Below are positions 14,456 to 26,955 of a stretch of 64,000 nt of DNA, piece after piece. The stretch lies in assembly GCA_951406725.2 (NCBI GenBank), contig OX597822.1, positions 58,342,001-58,406,000 on the forward strand, written 5' to 3'. Source of the DNA: Octopus vulgaris. Lineage: Eukaryota. Position 1 is the stretch's first letter. Every line of letters starts with the position of its first letter. Under the pieces are notes generated by a model. The model saw only the letters and a list, made by a program, of their open reading frames with translations. It was not told the origin of the DNA and ran no database searches. Both the position numbers and the translations under genes were made by a program.

Positions 14456-14670
14456 TGTTTATGACAACATTGTTTACAAAACAAACCTTGGTATGTTTAC
14501 AAACAACTGTGATTACAACTTAACTCTCACTTTGTTTACAAAACAACACTATAACATGTGACATGTTATCAACAGGAAAATATATGTTTTGCAGATCAAA
14601 TGATATTCATTTATTTATTCCATTTGTTACATTGGATGATGAAATAATAAATAACAGTAACCCTGGTAAC
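14456..14670. promoter_or_regulatory. Candidate cis-regulatory module: forkhead motif cluster plus RFX X-box
   Basis: TGTTTAC at 14471, 14494, 14533; TGTTTAT at 14456; GTAACCCTGGTAAC at 14657-14670; in non-TE sequence. Confidence 0.3.
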
Positions 14671-15291
14671 AATTTTATTTTGTTCTCAGAATGTATTAAT
14701 TTCTAATGTTTTGTGCACATGCAAGCAGGTGTTTTGTGTGCACGCATGTCTTAATTATAAACGAGTACTCAAGTGAAAATGTAACAGATTTTAAAAGAGT
14801 AATAACGATCTAGATTTTTTTTAAAATGAAATATCTCACATTGACATACATATCAATTAAAGGCATCAATTAAAGGCACACGTGTGTGAGAGAGAGAGAC
14901 AGGGAGAGAGAGGCCAGTCATAAGGTACTACATTGTAGCTCTTAATGTGTGTTAGTTATGGAAGATTAGTAAGTAATACACAACTCTCTTGAAACTTCAA
15001 CTTAATAGGGAGTCTGATAGACGAAGGAACCAGTGGGTAGTAGCTTACTGAATAGGAATTAGATGTTAACCCAATGGGGTCTTGATAATTATGAAGGGTT
15101 GGAATGCTAATAGTCAATCCAACCCTGTTGAGACCAGCTAATCACTTCGCCATGGGGTCTGGTGATTATGGCACTTTTTTTTTTATCCTGTTGTGGTAAC
15201 TTCATTCAGTTCTCAAACTTTTACCACTATGTCCCACTCTGACAAATCAATAATCTTCTGCAGCTTTTTAAAAAAGGTATTCCAATAAATG

Positions 15292-15845
15292 CAGGCAAGA
15301 CTGTGCGGTTAATATGCATGTTTTGCAATCATGTGCTTTTGAGTTCAGTTCCACTATGCAGCACCTTGGGGAAATATTTTTTATAACTCCAAGCTAACCA
15401 ATGCCATGTGAGTGAATTTGGTAGACAGAAACTATGAGGAAGTTATAAGGCGGCAAGCTGGTAGAAACATTAGCACACCAGGTGAAATGCTTAGCGGTAT
15501 TATGTCTGTCTTTACGTTCTGGGTTCAAATTCTGTCACGGTCGATTTTGCCTTTCATCCTTTCGGAGTTGATAAATTAAGTACCAGTTACACACTGGGGT
15601 CAATGTAATTGACTTAATCCCTTTGTCTGTCCTTGTTTGTCCCCTCTATGTTTAGCCTCTTGTGGGCAATAAAAGAAATAAGTAACTATGAGGAAGTCCT
15701 TCGTGTGAGTGTGTGTGCGTATGTGTACATGCACACACATGTGTGTGTACGTATGTGTGTGCCTTGTGTTACTCCTCTATCACCTCTTGACAATTGGTGT
15801 TGGATTGGTTATGTTTCCATAACTTAGAAGTTCAGAAAAAGAAAA
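15292..15845 (+). mobile_element. Old SINE family A copy interrupted by a younger SINE
   Basis: Degenerate tRNA head with 'gagttcagttcc' B-box, 'gcaccttgggga', 'gaatttggtagacagaaact'; resumes after 15697. Confidence 0.65.
15444..15683 (+). mobile_element. tRNA-head SINE with Meta/MESC-like central domain, 14-bp TSD
   Basis: B-box 'gggttcaaattc'; domain 'gcctttcatcctttcggagttgataaattaagtaccag'; TSD aactatgaggaagt at 15430-15443 and 15684-15697. Confidence 0.8.
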
Positions 15846-17184
15846 CAACCAGATCTTTTCTTTAAGTGAAATATTCCTCCATTTTTGTGAGCAGTAAATA
15901 TTGCTCATACATGGGTAACAGCTTCGTGAATGTTTTACATTTTATCAAATATTTTAAATAAGAAACAACTGTTTCACAACCTTCTCACAATTCTATTGTA
16001 CCCTAATTCAGGACCTAATAAACCCTAAATCTTCTTCTACTTGATACTGCTAAAAAAGATGGGATGGTCACACCTGGAATACCTTTGGCCATTGACCATA
16101 AGTCTGTTTCATGAGGACTAAATACAACACTGCTATATCAGTTGTATGATAGAGTTGTTTAGCCCCAGGTCAAACTGACTGAGCAATGATACTGCACACA
16201 GGTTGTCAGCAAAATGACAAAACATGATCTCCAAGTACGTCTCAATTATACAATATTTTTGTTGAGCTGAGGATCACACAACTCATTATTCTTCCTCAAA
16301 ATCTCAATTCCACTATTTCAGTTCCACTACATGTACAGCACTGACTTTCCAGATATCTCTTCCTTTCCTCTCTCTATCTCTTGTCCCCTTTTCAGTTATT
16401 TCTGCCTGTTTATTTCATATAATATTTTCAGTTATGAATCATATAGAGTACAGTGTGACAATCCAGACAGTTTTTTTTGTGTGTGTGTCTGGAATGGTAG
16501 TTAAACCATGATGTAACAACAAACTGTACCCTTTAGTAAAACCTTTAGTATTTTTGTTTTGTTGTGTAAGATGGTCTGTTCATAACCTATTATGATGTAG
16601 TTTTCTGTAGAGCAACTGGTGGCCCAGGTAGGACTAGCATATCATGATGGATCTAATGTTTTGTTTTCACACTACTGTTGTTGGTCTTCCTTCTACAGGG
16701 TACATTTAAAAATTGTGAATGCTTTAAGTACGTGTTAGTGCAGTTTTACTTCCTTTACCATATATTATATGTTCTTGGGACACATAGTATCAGAGACATA
16801 TCCTAACTCCTAGTACTATTGTCTTAGGTGTGTGTGACTGCTGAGTGTGTGGGCAGTAGTATGTGATGTTCTGCAGTGTTGCAGGTAGCAAGGAAGACAG
16901 TAGATTTAGTAAAGACTACTTTAAATCTTTTGTTGTGGAACCAAATTTCAAGGTAATTTTAGTAAGGCACAGTGTTGTGCAGTGGTATTTGAAGTAAGGT
17001 GGGGGGGGGATATGAGTTTGATTGCATCTGTATACAGGGCTGTACCTATATTTTGTGGAAAGTTCATGAAAAGAGTGGGTGAGTGTATGGATGTCTCTGG
17101 TACTTCATCAGAGAAACTGCAGGTCCTGGAAATGTTGCGCTTGCACTTTACATAGACATGGTGGCCTATGTAAGTTGTTAACCA

Positions 17185-17400
17185 CTATCCTTTTGTATTC
17201 AGATTACTCTGTTGAATGTAGTGCTTTTGTATTCCCATTGTTTTGAATTAATCATGCATCATCTCATAGCGCCAAGATTTCAATGATGTGATTGTTTATT
17301 TTTAGAATGACATTATAGGCTAGGTGTGAGAGACCAGATCTGGCTGGTTTGAACATAAAACAGGTAGAATATTTAGGCCAGAGAGGGGTTTAATGTTGAA
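17185..17400 (+). mobile_element. piggyBac-type MITE family 2, degenerate
   Basis: Internal sequence matches 63144-63373 ('ttttgaattaatcatgcatcatctc', 'ggtgtgagagaccagatctgg'). Confidence 0.55.
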
Positions 17401-18413
17401 TATATTCTTGTATGATCAGATAGCAGGAAATGTAGTTGACAGATATGCCCATGTTGATAATGGTTAGACCGCTATGTGCAAATTTTTGTTCATGCAGCCA
17501 TTACTATGTCAGGTTTGAGAGCAGTGATTGAGTGTAATAACCTGAATCAATGTTAGAAATGTGGAACTGTCTGTGGCAATCACTTGACTTGCCAAAAATA
17601 GCAACCAGATTTCCCTCAAATACTACCCTACAGACTTTAAAATAGTTTATCATTGGTAGAAAAATGTCAGCCCCATAACGTAATTTTACTACTCATATAT
17701 ATTCTGTTTCATTACCAAAGTTATAATTATTTTATAAACAACTGGATCATTAAAGCCAATGTCAGATCCCTCACTGCTGCCACCCCCACCGCCAATGTCT
17801 GTACAGGATTAATTATTGAAAAAACATTTATTTAAACATTTTGTTGCTTTTACATTTAGTATGTATGTATAATATTTGATGCTATTCCTCCCATCCTTAT
17901 GTTTCTTTGGAAAGTAAGCATCAGATGTCAGCAAAGTAAATTGCAGAAATATAGAACTTTAATAACGCTCATAATGTTATTTCTGTAAAAAAATAACTAA
18001 GTTAGAGGTTTGTTTCTTTAACGATAATATCAAAATAGCAGGAAGTTTATATTTCACTCATGATGAGAAAGCTGACATCTGATAAGAAAGATTTTCAGAT
18101 ACAGAATAAGAAATACCGCTTCCTAGGTGACTTCTGAAAAGATCATAATGTAACAACAGTGCTAAAATGAGACAAGAATTTAGAGACATCCCCCACATTT
18201 TTGTATAACAATACATATTACCAAAATCAATGGTAGTTCAATATTTCAATAACTAATGTGATCAACTGTTAATGTCAACAATGTTTTGTGAAAAACTTAG
18301 CATAATTTCAAATGTGATGTCCTATTAAAACTGTTCCATGCAGCTTTCTTATTTTCCCACGAACAGCATAGCACTTGAAACATCATAGTCTGCATACCAA
18401 CATGAACTGTTTC

Positions 18414-18595
18414 CATCACCTCTTGCTAACACCATGTTCTCAATGAGCCAACGAGGGAATATCTATACATCACCTCTTGCTGTTACCATATCTTCAATGA
18501 ACCCAAGAAGCAACATATATATATATATACATCACTTCTTGCTAACATTATATATCTTCAATTAGTCAATGTGGGAACATTTATATAATCACTTG
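18414..18595 (+). repeat. Diverged minisatellite, ~3.2 units of 54-62 bp
   Basis: 'catcacYtcttgct' at 18414, 18468, 18530, partial at ~18587. Confidence 0.7.
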
Positions 18596-18857
18596 ATCTA
18601 CTAGGATCAGCAGCCAAATTTCCTCAGATCATTCTCTGCTGTCTTTAAAATAAGATGAAATGATCAGGGTAGGAAAACTTTTGATCATAGGTCTGTTCAA
18701 TCAGGGCTGACTTGGGGGCTAAGAAGCAACACATTTAGCCAAATAGCATCTTCCATTAAACTCTTATATGTGTAATATGATTGTATATATTATATAACTG
18801 CATATCTCCAGCAGCTTTCATAATTCCCTGAGCCCAAAATCTCTCTTAAATCAGGCC

Positions 18858-19083
18858 TTACTGTCTTAGCATTTAAATTGGCAAGATCCAACCAAAATAT
18901 TCTATCTGTTTTATGTTCAAACTGACCAGATCTGGACTCTTACACCAATGCTACAATATCATTCTAAAAATTAAGTTACCTTATCAAAATCTCAAAGCTA
19001 CAAAATAATGCATGATTAATTTAAAATCATGTGAATAAATAAACATTACTTTTGAGAGAATAATGTGAATGCTGAAAGATTAA
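18858..19083 (-). mobile_element. piggyBac-type MITE family 2, inverted copy
   Basis: Reverse complement of 63144-63373; decayed ends 'ttagcatttaaa' ... 'aatgctgaaagattaa'. Confidence 0.6.
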
Positions 19084-20479
19084 AAATAGGGCATATTGCA
19101 TAACATAATCTTAGACACAATGTGTCTGAAGAGAAAAGAAAACATTCATAGGTCTGTTGGATTAGGGCTGATCAGAACAACAAGAACTATTACAATGCCC
19201 TCTACTGAAAACCCCACATCTTAAATATGGCTAAGAATATCTCATTTTAGTATTGGTCAACATATTATAAAACCACCACCTGGACATTGGGTGCCTTTAA
19301 CCAAGTCCCATACATTTACAAGCAGCCAGGCCAGGCCACTAGTTTGAGGATACCTTCCTCCCTCTATCAATTCCAACAGTCTCAGGGACCTAGTAAAGGA
19401 TCATATTATCTCTCTCTCTCTCTCTCACACACAGCATTAGTCGTGAGGTATTTGGATCAGACATCACCTTTTCAGTAAAAGTATTTCTAACTAAACTTCT
19501 CAAGCTATCAAACTCTTGCTCATTGGGTCTCTGGATTAAACCACAAGTTTCGTTACTGGTTGCTCACATACTATATACATCTGCTCAAATAAACCTGACT
19601 GAACTTAAAACAACAGCAACAACAACTATCGCTTTTACCCACGATCAAACTGTCGCTTTATTTTCCCTCTGCCTCTTGCACCCCAATAATAAAAACTCAC
19701 ATCACTTATCAATTTACCACACACCTGTATTTATTTACCTAGAATTCTGTAGGAGACCCAAAATGTCCAATACCTTGCCTATAATAACAGCCCCTGTACT
19801 GTACTACTACTCCTTCTCTCTACCAGTCAACAGTGCATTACTACTAACATTCAATAGTTTTCAACCCAATATTAAAACCAGACCTGCATCAGATATATTT
19901 CTTAACTAGTGCTCTCTCTCTCTCTCCCCCCATTTCTTGTTATATTATAGAAAACATTTTCATAGTATGGGGGAATAGAACTGTTCCTCTCAACTAAAAA
20001 CTAAATAAAACAAAACTAATACAGAACATATTTATTCTAAAACCAACCAAATGAGCATATCTTCATTTATTTAAAAAATATTTGTTTAGCATTTAAAATA
20101 TACCCCATCTGTGTGTGTGTGTGTGCGTGTGTGTGTATTACTGTTCATCTCAGTTTACTTAGTTACAGGTTAACTGTAGGAATTCCCATCACACATCAAA
20201 GACCTCCTAGTAGAATTCTTATAAAGTAGGTTGTCATTAATGATATAAACCCTACTTTGATGACATTATGTAACACATTTTAGCACCATCTGATCGAAAC
20301 TGTCTAGTCCATCTTGAGACATTCTAGACTTGACCATCCCATAGGGTATCGTATTTAAAATGTCCTTATTTACAACATTGTGTGACTTGAAGAGATTTGG
20401 GTGTTATTTCTCCCATGTTAATTGACTATGTAGCAGATTTCTAACTGACTCGTGCACAGACAAGTATTAATTTTATGCC

Positions 20480-20688
20480 CATTTCTCTATTTTTGTATGG
20501 GTGAGATGGAGATTATTGTAGCAGATTGTGCAGATGCTCTTACAGTCATAAACCCTCACCATTTCAAAGCAAAGTAATATTTCTCTGTGGCCAGACATGT
20601 ACACGCAGAATATTGGAAATGAATGAAACAGCTTGTATGACAGTGACACTCTTGACTTTTATGCAATGCCAAAACAAGGAAACCTGAA

Positions 20689-20731
<43 letters not shown>

Positions 20732-20848
20732 GACTTCTTTCAGTTTCCAATCTACCAAATCCACTTACAAGAATTTCTCCTAAGTGCCATACCTGTAACT
20801 ATGTGGTTGGGAAATGAGCTTCTTAACTACACAGCTACGCCTACACCT
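20480..20848 (-). mobile_element. SINE family B (family A head, RTE-type 3' end), degenerate
   Basis: Head complement 'cttcttaactacacagctacgcct', (CA)n, body 'gtaatatttctctgtggccagacatg'. Confidence 0.6.
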
Positions 20849-21738
20849 TAGCAGTGTGCATGTGTTTTAAAACTTCATAAATGACGGCTGGAATTGAAGA
20901 TGATGTCTAGCATTCAAAAAAGTACACTGCACTATATAAATACCATCAGCACATACATTCAATTAAGGCCTCATCTGAATTTGTTGTATACGTGTATCTG
21001 CACATACATGTGTGTGATGACAGGTTTGACAGACTAATATTATCGACTATACGTTTTCATCATATTATTTAAATGCTCTCCCAAACACAATCAGAAAAGA
21101 TATCAATGAAGACAACACATGATGAAATAAAAACAATACAGATAACATGTAAGATTACACAACAGTATCACAACTAAACTCCTTCTCTTTTATAAACAAC
21201 ATACATAATATATCCACTATCTTCCTCAAACTAACAACACTTCTCCAGACATTAGTAAAAGCCACAACTTTAAAAACAAAAAATCACAGTAGAAACATTT
21301 CTAATAAGAGTATGAGTGAATGTTTTTGTAAAACTAATTTTGTGAATAAGTACCAGACTTTAAAAAGAAAAATACTAGGATTGATTTGGCTTGCTAAACT
21401 CTTCAAAGAAATGCCCCTACATGGCTGCAGCCCAATGAGTGAAACAAATATGATAAACGATAAATATATATATATATATTTGTTTGTTTGTTTTTGTTTG
21501 TTTTTCCAGTTTCAGCTCTTGAGCTGTGGCCATGCTGGGGCAACAGGATATGTGGTGAAAAGTACTGCACTGAATCACCAATGTCTGCCGGAGCCTCGTT
21601 TCTAGAGCTTGATGTTTTCCTCAATAAACACACACAACGCCCAGTATACAATTGATGGATGCGATATCACATGACAGTTTTAACAACAAACCACTAGGCC
21701 ATGTAGCAATATGACATCAATATATCAAATAAAGCATT

Positions 21739-21888
21739 ATCTGCATTTAATATCTGTTTTCCATACTGGCATGGGTTTGATGGTTTGACAGGATCTGGTG
21801 AGCTGTATGTAAAGCTGCACTGTGCCGCAATGTCTGTTTTGACTTGGTTTCTACAGCTGGATGCCCTTCCTAACACACCAGTTTACTG
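21739..21888 (-). mobile_element. Short RTE-tail element flanked by ~95 bp direct duplication
   Basis: 'ttttccatactggcatggg...ctacagctggatgcccttcctaac'; direct repeats at 21643-21738 and 21889-21983. Confidence 0.75.
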
Positions 21889-22124
21889 AGTATACAATTG
21901 ATGGATGGATATCACATGACAGTTTTAATAACAAAATCTCCTACATGTAGCAATATGACATCAATATCATCAACAATGCATTTGATTGTTGATTGAATAT
22001 TTAACAACAGAAACATGACCCAGTGTTGGTTGACAGTAACAGCACATCCAAAATCAGTAAATTTTCCAACACAGCACCATAAGAGTCCATCTACTCATCC
22101 TCCATGTTTAACTTATTTTTCATA

Positions 22125-22498
22125 TTTTTTATATTTACTTGATTCCAACATTGGACATCAGATTTGCTGGGGTATCACCTTTAAGAGTTTAGTAGAACAA
22201 ATTAACCTCAGAACATATTTTCTTAAACCCGGTACTTATTCTGCCAGTCTTTTGTGAAGCTGTTAAGTTTATGGGGACATAAACAAACCAACATCAGTTA
22301 TCAAGGGGTAGAGGGAAGGACACACATACACATACACAATGAGCTACCTGATGGTTTCTGTCTATCAAATTCATTCACAAGGCATTTATTAGCCTGAAGC
22401 TACAGAAGACACTTGCCAAAGGTGCCATTAAGTGGGACTGAACCCAAAAACCACATGGTTACAAAGCAAGCTTCTTAACCACACAGTCATGCCTGTGC
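22125..22498 (-). mobile_element. SINE family A, full length, diverged
   Basis: Colinear with reverse complement of 46329-46720; head 'gcaagcttcttaaccacacagtcatgcctg'. Confidence 0.75.
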
Positions 22499-25029
22499 AG
22501 TTCTAAACAGGTATACATACAACACTCCAAGAACACTACAACAACCCCATATGACAACACTGAAGAATACTAATCCTCAGTCAAGAAATACAAATAAAAC
22601 CCATAATATATATATCCATAAACAGCTGCTGCATCAAAGCTTTATTAATGCCAATGTCATCAAAAACAGACTGTTACACTGCACACCATCCCAAGAAACT
22701 GCTGTTTGTCTGCTGAATTGCGTAGTATAGTGCTGAAGCATGACATATCTGGAACAGTGAACCTCTGGTTCAGGCCTAGTTGTTGTGATTGACTCTACTG
22801 GCATGTTATGGGTCTATTTGATCAGGGTTTTACCTGCAGCTATCCAACATTCGGCCAAGAGTAAACACACATACAACAATAATAATCTAGTTGACAATGA
22901 CAGTATATAACATAGCAGTGTTACTATAATCACTAGTGAGAGTGCAAACCTGTTTTTCATGTGAAAACTCCCATTAAAGTTTAAAAGAGAAACTGTGTTA
23001 AGAAGGAGTGAATAGGTAGGTTCCCACCTCATTGCAGCTAAAGTACAGCCATGTTCAACAAACAGATCACTGCTGTTTTCTCCATCTACTGGCTCTTTAG
23101 ATACCACACACCCAGTTTCTTCCACCTTCACCTCTACTTTCCCCACTCAAATGGATGATGATGATGGTGGTGATAATGTGGTGGTGGTGGTGGTAGATAG
23201 ATGGATTAGATGTGCTGGATGAGCAGAAGTATCACAAGAAGCACCCCAAGTGAGAAATCTAACAGCACACATGACAACCCACCTCAATAAACAGCAGGGA
23301 ATGAGGGTACAATCAGTACAGCAAGGCCCAGTTAGACTACTTGGCTTAAGTCCATGAAAACTCATAAATACAAAAACCACAACCACTTCCACTGCAATGA
23401 CATCAACAACAACAATAATATTTAATGTAGGATGCTTAATCTATGTACCACTACCTCAGCAAATGTTATCCCTGATGACCCAGCTTCAGTATCACACCAA
23501 CCACTGCATGCTGCTATTATAACTACTACCACTACAACTACTTCAGATCACTATCGCCACCACCACAGACCACACTACAGTCCACCACACCACTACTCTC
23601 ACCACAGGCACAACAGACCACAAACCAACACCATTACACACCACCACTACTACTTCTACAAGAATCCCAACCACTGTAGCTATCACTGGCTACTATTATA
23701 ACAGTTCAACCTACTCGATGCTCACCAGACCACCACGGAAAACTAAAAGCCACTATGATCACTACCACAGACACTACAGTTCATTCTGTAACCCAGTTCG
23801 GACTGGACTACAATCACCAGACCACCAGGCTATCACAACCACAGTCCACCACAAATATTAGCACTAAAACCTTCAATTATTACCCCTACTAACAACAACA
23901 TCTAACCCCCTTAAGTTTTTCGGGGGGGGGGGTGCGAGAGGGGGGAGGCCGCTGTTATCATCAAAAGAGAATTTTGGAAAAATCTGTCCCTTCTAGAGTT
24001 CATGAAGGAGAAGGCAGGTAGTAATGGAAGTATCCTAGCTGAAAATGATTAGCTAGTTGGTTGTTGAGTATTTTTTTTTATTCCCCACCTCCATCAACAT
24101 CATACCCACCACTACCATCAACCACTCTCTTCAACTCAACAACCACCCCCCTCTCATTACATTCCCATGTCCTCTCCACAGCACACACACACAAAAACCA
24201 TCCTCTCTCATTGCCTGCCGGCTCCCCCACCCCTGCGCCTGTCCCTCATCCTAAACTACTACCACCTCTTCCCTCCGTGTGAACTGCTCAGAGCCTCATT
24301 CACAGAGAAACAACCTTCCTTCATTCAAGTATAGATGGAGGCTTAACAATGTGTGTGTGTGTATGTGAGTGAGTGAGTGTGTGTGCCTGTGTGTGAGCAC
24401 ACAAGGCTTGTTGATGTTAGAGAAGAAACTAACAGCATGACAATCCCTTTAGGACATAAACAAGTTGTGTTCCCATTGGAGGCTCAATAGAGGGAGGGGG
24501 AGAATTATGCACCTCACTGAAATCACTGCACTATATCACTCCCATTAATATATTAATATATATGAGAAAAAGTAAGAGAGAGAGAGAAATGAGGTGGAAA
24601 ATGGTAAGAGTGACTGATTGAGAGAGCAATAGAGAGATTAAGAGGGTGACAGAGAAAAAATATGTTTTATGTAGAAAGTATAGCTCAAAGTATATTTTAC
24701 ACACTCACTCTCTTTCTCTCCCCCCACACACATGCAACATAAAAAAGAATTTAGCAATGATGGACTAATGAGTTTTTAGTTAGCTGTTCCTAATTCAGGA
24801 ATTGGTTTATAAATGCAAACATAAATGATAAATTATTAATTTGACAAGCAAGAACAAAGTAGCCACACATTTATTTCCTTCTGGAGTTCCACATGGATAT
24901 GTGCATGCACATGTGTATTCTGCTTTCGAATGCTTTGAATACTTCTTCAAATTTGCAGACCCTCAAAGACTAAGGGTACCTGTACTGTGTGTGTGTGTGT
25001 GCACGGATGTGCATTAATGTATGTGAAAA

Positions 25030-25390
25030 TCATAATTTTATCGTCCACTTTTCCATGCTTGCATGGGTCAGATGGAATTGAAATTGGTTGAGGCAGATTT
25101 CCTACTGTTGGGTGCCCTTCTTGTTGCCAGCCCTCCTCACTTGTTTGCAAACATGGTAATGTTTTCCATAATTGAATGGACATGTTTTCACAGAGGATTG
25201 GAAAAGAATAACACCACTTGTATGACAGTGATGCTCATTTACAACTATCATTTTGTCAAAACACACACACATAATAGGGCTTTTTTTAAACTTCTACCAA
25301 AATCACTCATAAGGCTTTGGTTGGCCTGGAGATACTTGCCCAAGGCACCCCAAAGTAGGGAAGTGAACTTAACCATTCAGCCATGCCTGC
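25030..25390 (-). mobile_element. SINE family B
   Basis: Tail 'cgtccacttttccatgcttgcatgggtcag', 'ggtgcccttcttgttgcc', (CA)n, 'acttgcccaaggcacc', head. Confidence 0.65.
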
Positions 25391-25433
25391 ATATATAGTT
25401 CACCTCACCTCTCTCTATATATATGTATGTATG

Positions 25434-25469
<36 letters not shown>

Positions 25470-25729
25470 GGGCTATTAAGTCAAATGGCTATAAATGTTA
25501 GCTTCACAATCATAAGGTCTTGGAAGTACTCCCATTGTGTGGCAAATCTTTTACCACAGCTTCAGGAGAACCCAGACTTTCTGAGTGAAAGTGAATGCTT
25601 CTATATAGGTGCTTAATGGCTGTATAATTAAAAAGTTTGCTTCACAACTATTTGGTTTTGAGTTCACTCCTACTACATGGCAACTTAAGCAAGTATTTTC
25701 TAATGCAGTCATCGGTTGGATACAACCAA

Positions 25730-26010
25730 CAACTATGTATGATTCGGAAGCATCAGCTCAGAGTGTTTGGTCATGTTGCTCAATTTTCAAAGTTGAATCT
25801 TGCATATAATATTCTCTTCTCTGAGGAGCCAGCTGAGGTGATGGCTCATGTTGGTTAGCCACATGCCATATGGTCAGAATGGATGAGGAAATATCTTACA
25901 GAGATGGGGATTAACTGGGACACTGCTTGGAGGGTTGTCCAGGAAAACCTTAGGGAATACTGACAAATGGTGAACACAGCAACATGCTTCAATAGTGCAG
26001 ACCCCATACT
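25730..26010 (+). mobile_element. Old RTE-group LINE C-terminal fragment
   Basis: 'MIRKHQLRVFGHVAQF...AYNILFSEEP' in ORF 25637-25858 resembles the RTE 'RQLRWFGHVAR' motif. Confidence 0.55.
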
Positions 26011-26167
26011 TAAACTGACCAGTCATGAGTAACTTGTGGCTTGTGAGACTTTCTGCATGACTTGCCTTCATTTTTTGTAGTAGTGCAGCATGCTTGATGA
26101 TGAGCCATGTCTTTCTCATACACTCCACTTCTCTAAAAAGGTTGCCCTTGCTAGTTCTAACCTCAGA

Positions 26168-26388
26168 TTAACCCTTTCGTTACAAACCCAGTTGAAACCG
26201 GCTCTGGCTCTGTAGTACAAATGTCTTAAGTTTTGAATTAAAATCTTCCACCAAAACTTAGTCATAATTAATGTTCCTAACACTAGCTTAATGATAATTG
26301 AGTTATTTTACTAATTTCTATGTTACATTTAAAGTAATTGAGAGATACACAGAGCATCTCAAAATAAATGCAGTAATGAAAGGGTTAA
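26168..26388 (-). mobile_element. piggyBac-type MITE family 1
   Basis: TTAA at both ends; TIRs 'ccctttcgttac' / 'gtaatgaaaggg'; reverse complement of 33651-33878. Confidence 0.85.
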
Positions 26389-26680
26389 CCAATGTTTTGT
26401 GAGAGAAACTGGTAGACAGAAACTATGTAGAAACATGTCTTTGTATATGATGTCCTGTGAGGTTTCTGAGACTATTCAAACTGGAGCTCTGACCCAAATA
26501 TTTACAACAGACTAGACATAGTCAAAGACATCCAAGGGTCAGATAAATGCTGTTAAACCAGATTAAGTCTAGCCTTCTATCATCATGGTTATAAAAGTCC
26601 AACAACTTGATCTGACTATGCTACTATTATTATCATCCATGCCTTACACAAAGATCCTATCATAGATCTTTTTTGCAGTT

Positions 26681-26955
26681 ATCATCATCATCATCATCAT
26701 TATTTAACATCCATTTTCCATACTGGCATGGGTTAGACAATTTGACCAGAGCTGGTAAGGCCAGGGGCTACACCAGGTTCCATTGTCTGTTCTGGCATGA
26801 TTTCAGCAGCTGGATGCCCTTTCTAATGCCAACCACTCCAATGTGTACTGGGTGTTTTTTATGTAGCACCAGTGCCGATTTTTTTAACATGGCACCAGTA
26901 TGAATGCTCTAAACGTGGCACTAGCATGAGTGCTTTTTATGTGGCATCAGCACAA
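26681..26955 (-). mobile_element. RTE-tail element with ~26 bp tandem units
   Basis: (CAT)n tail, 'ttttccatactggcatggg', 'gctggatgcccttt', then four 'tttt.atgtggcaccagc'-like units. Confidence 0.7.

Noticed and set aside
23430-23900. Thr/His-rich ORF 23432-23701
   Set aside because: Degenerate (ACC/ACT)n low-complexity sequence with no coding or splice support
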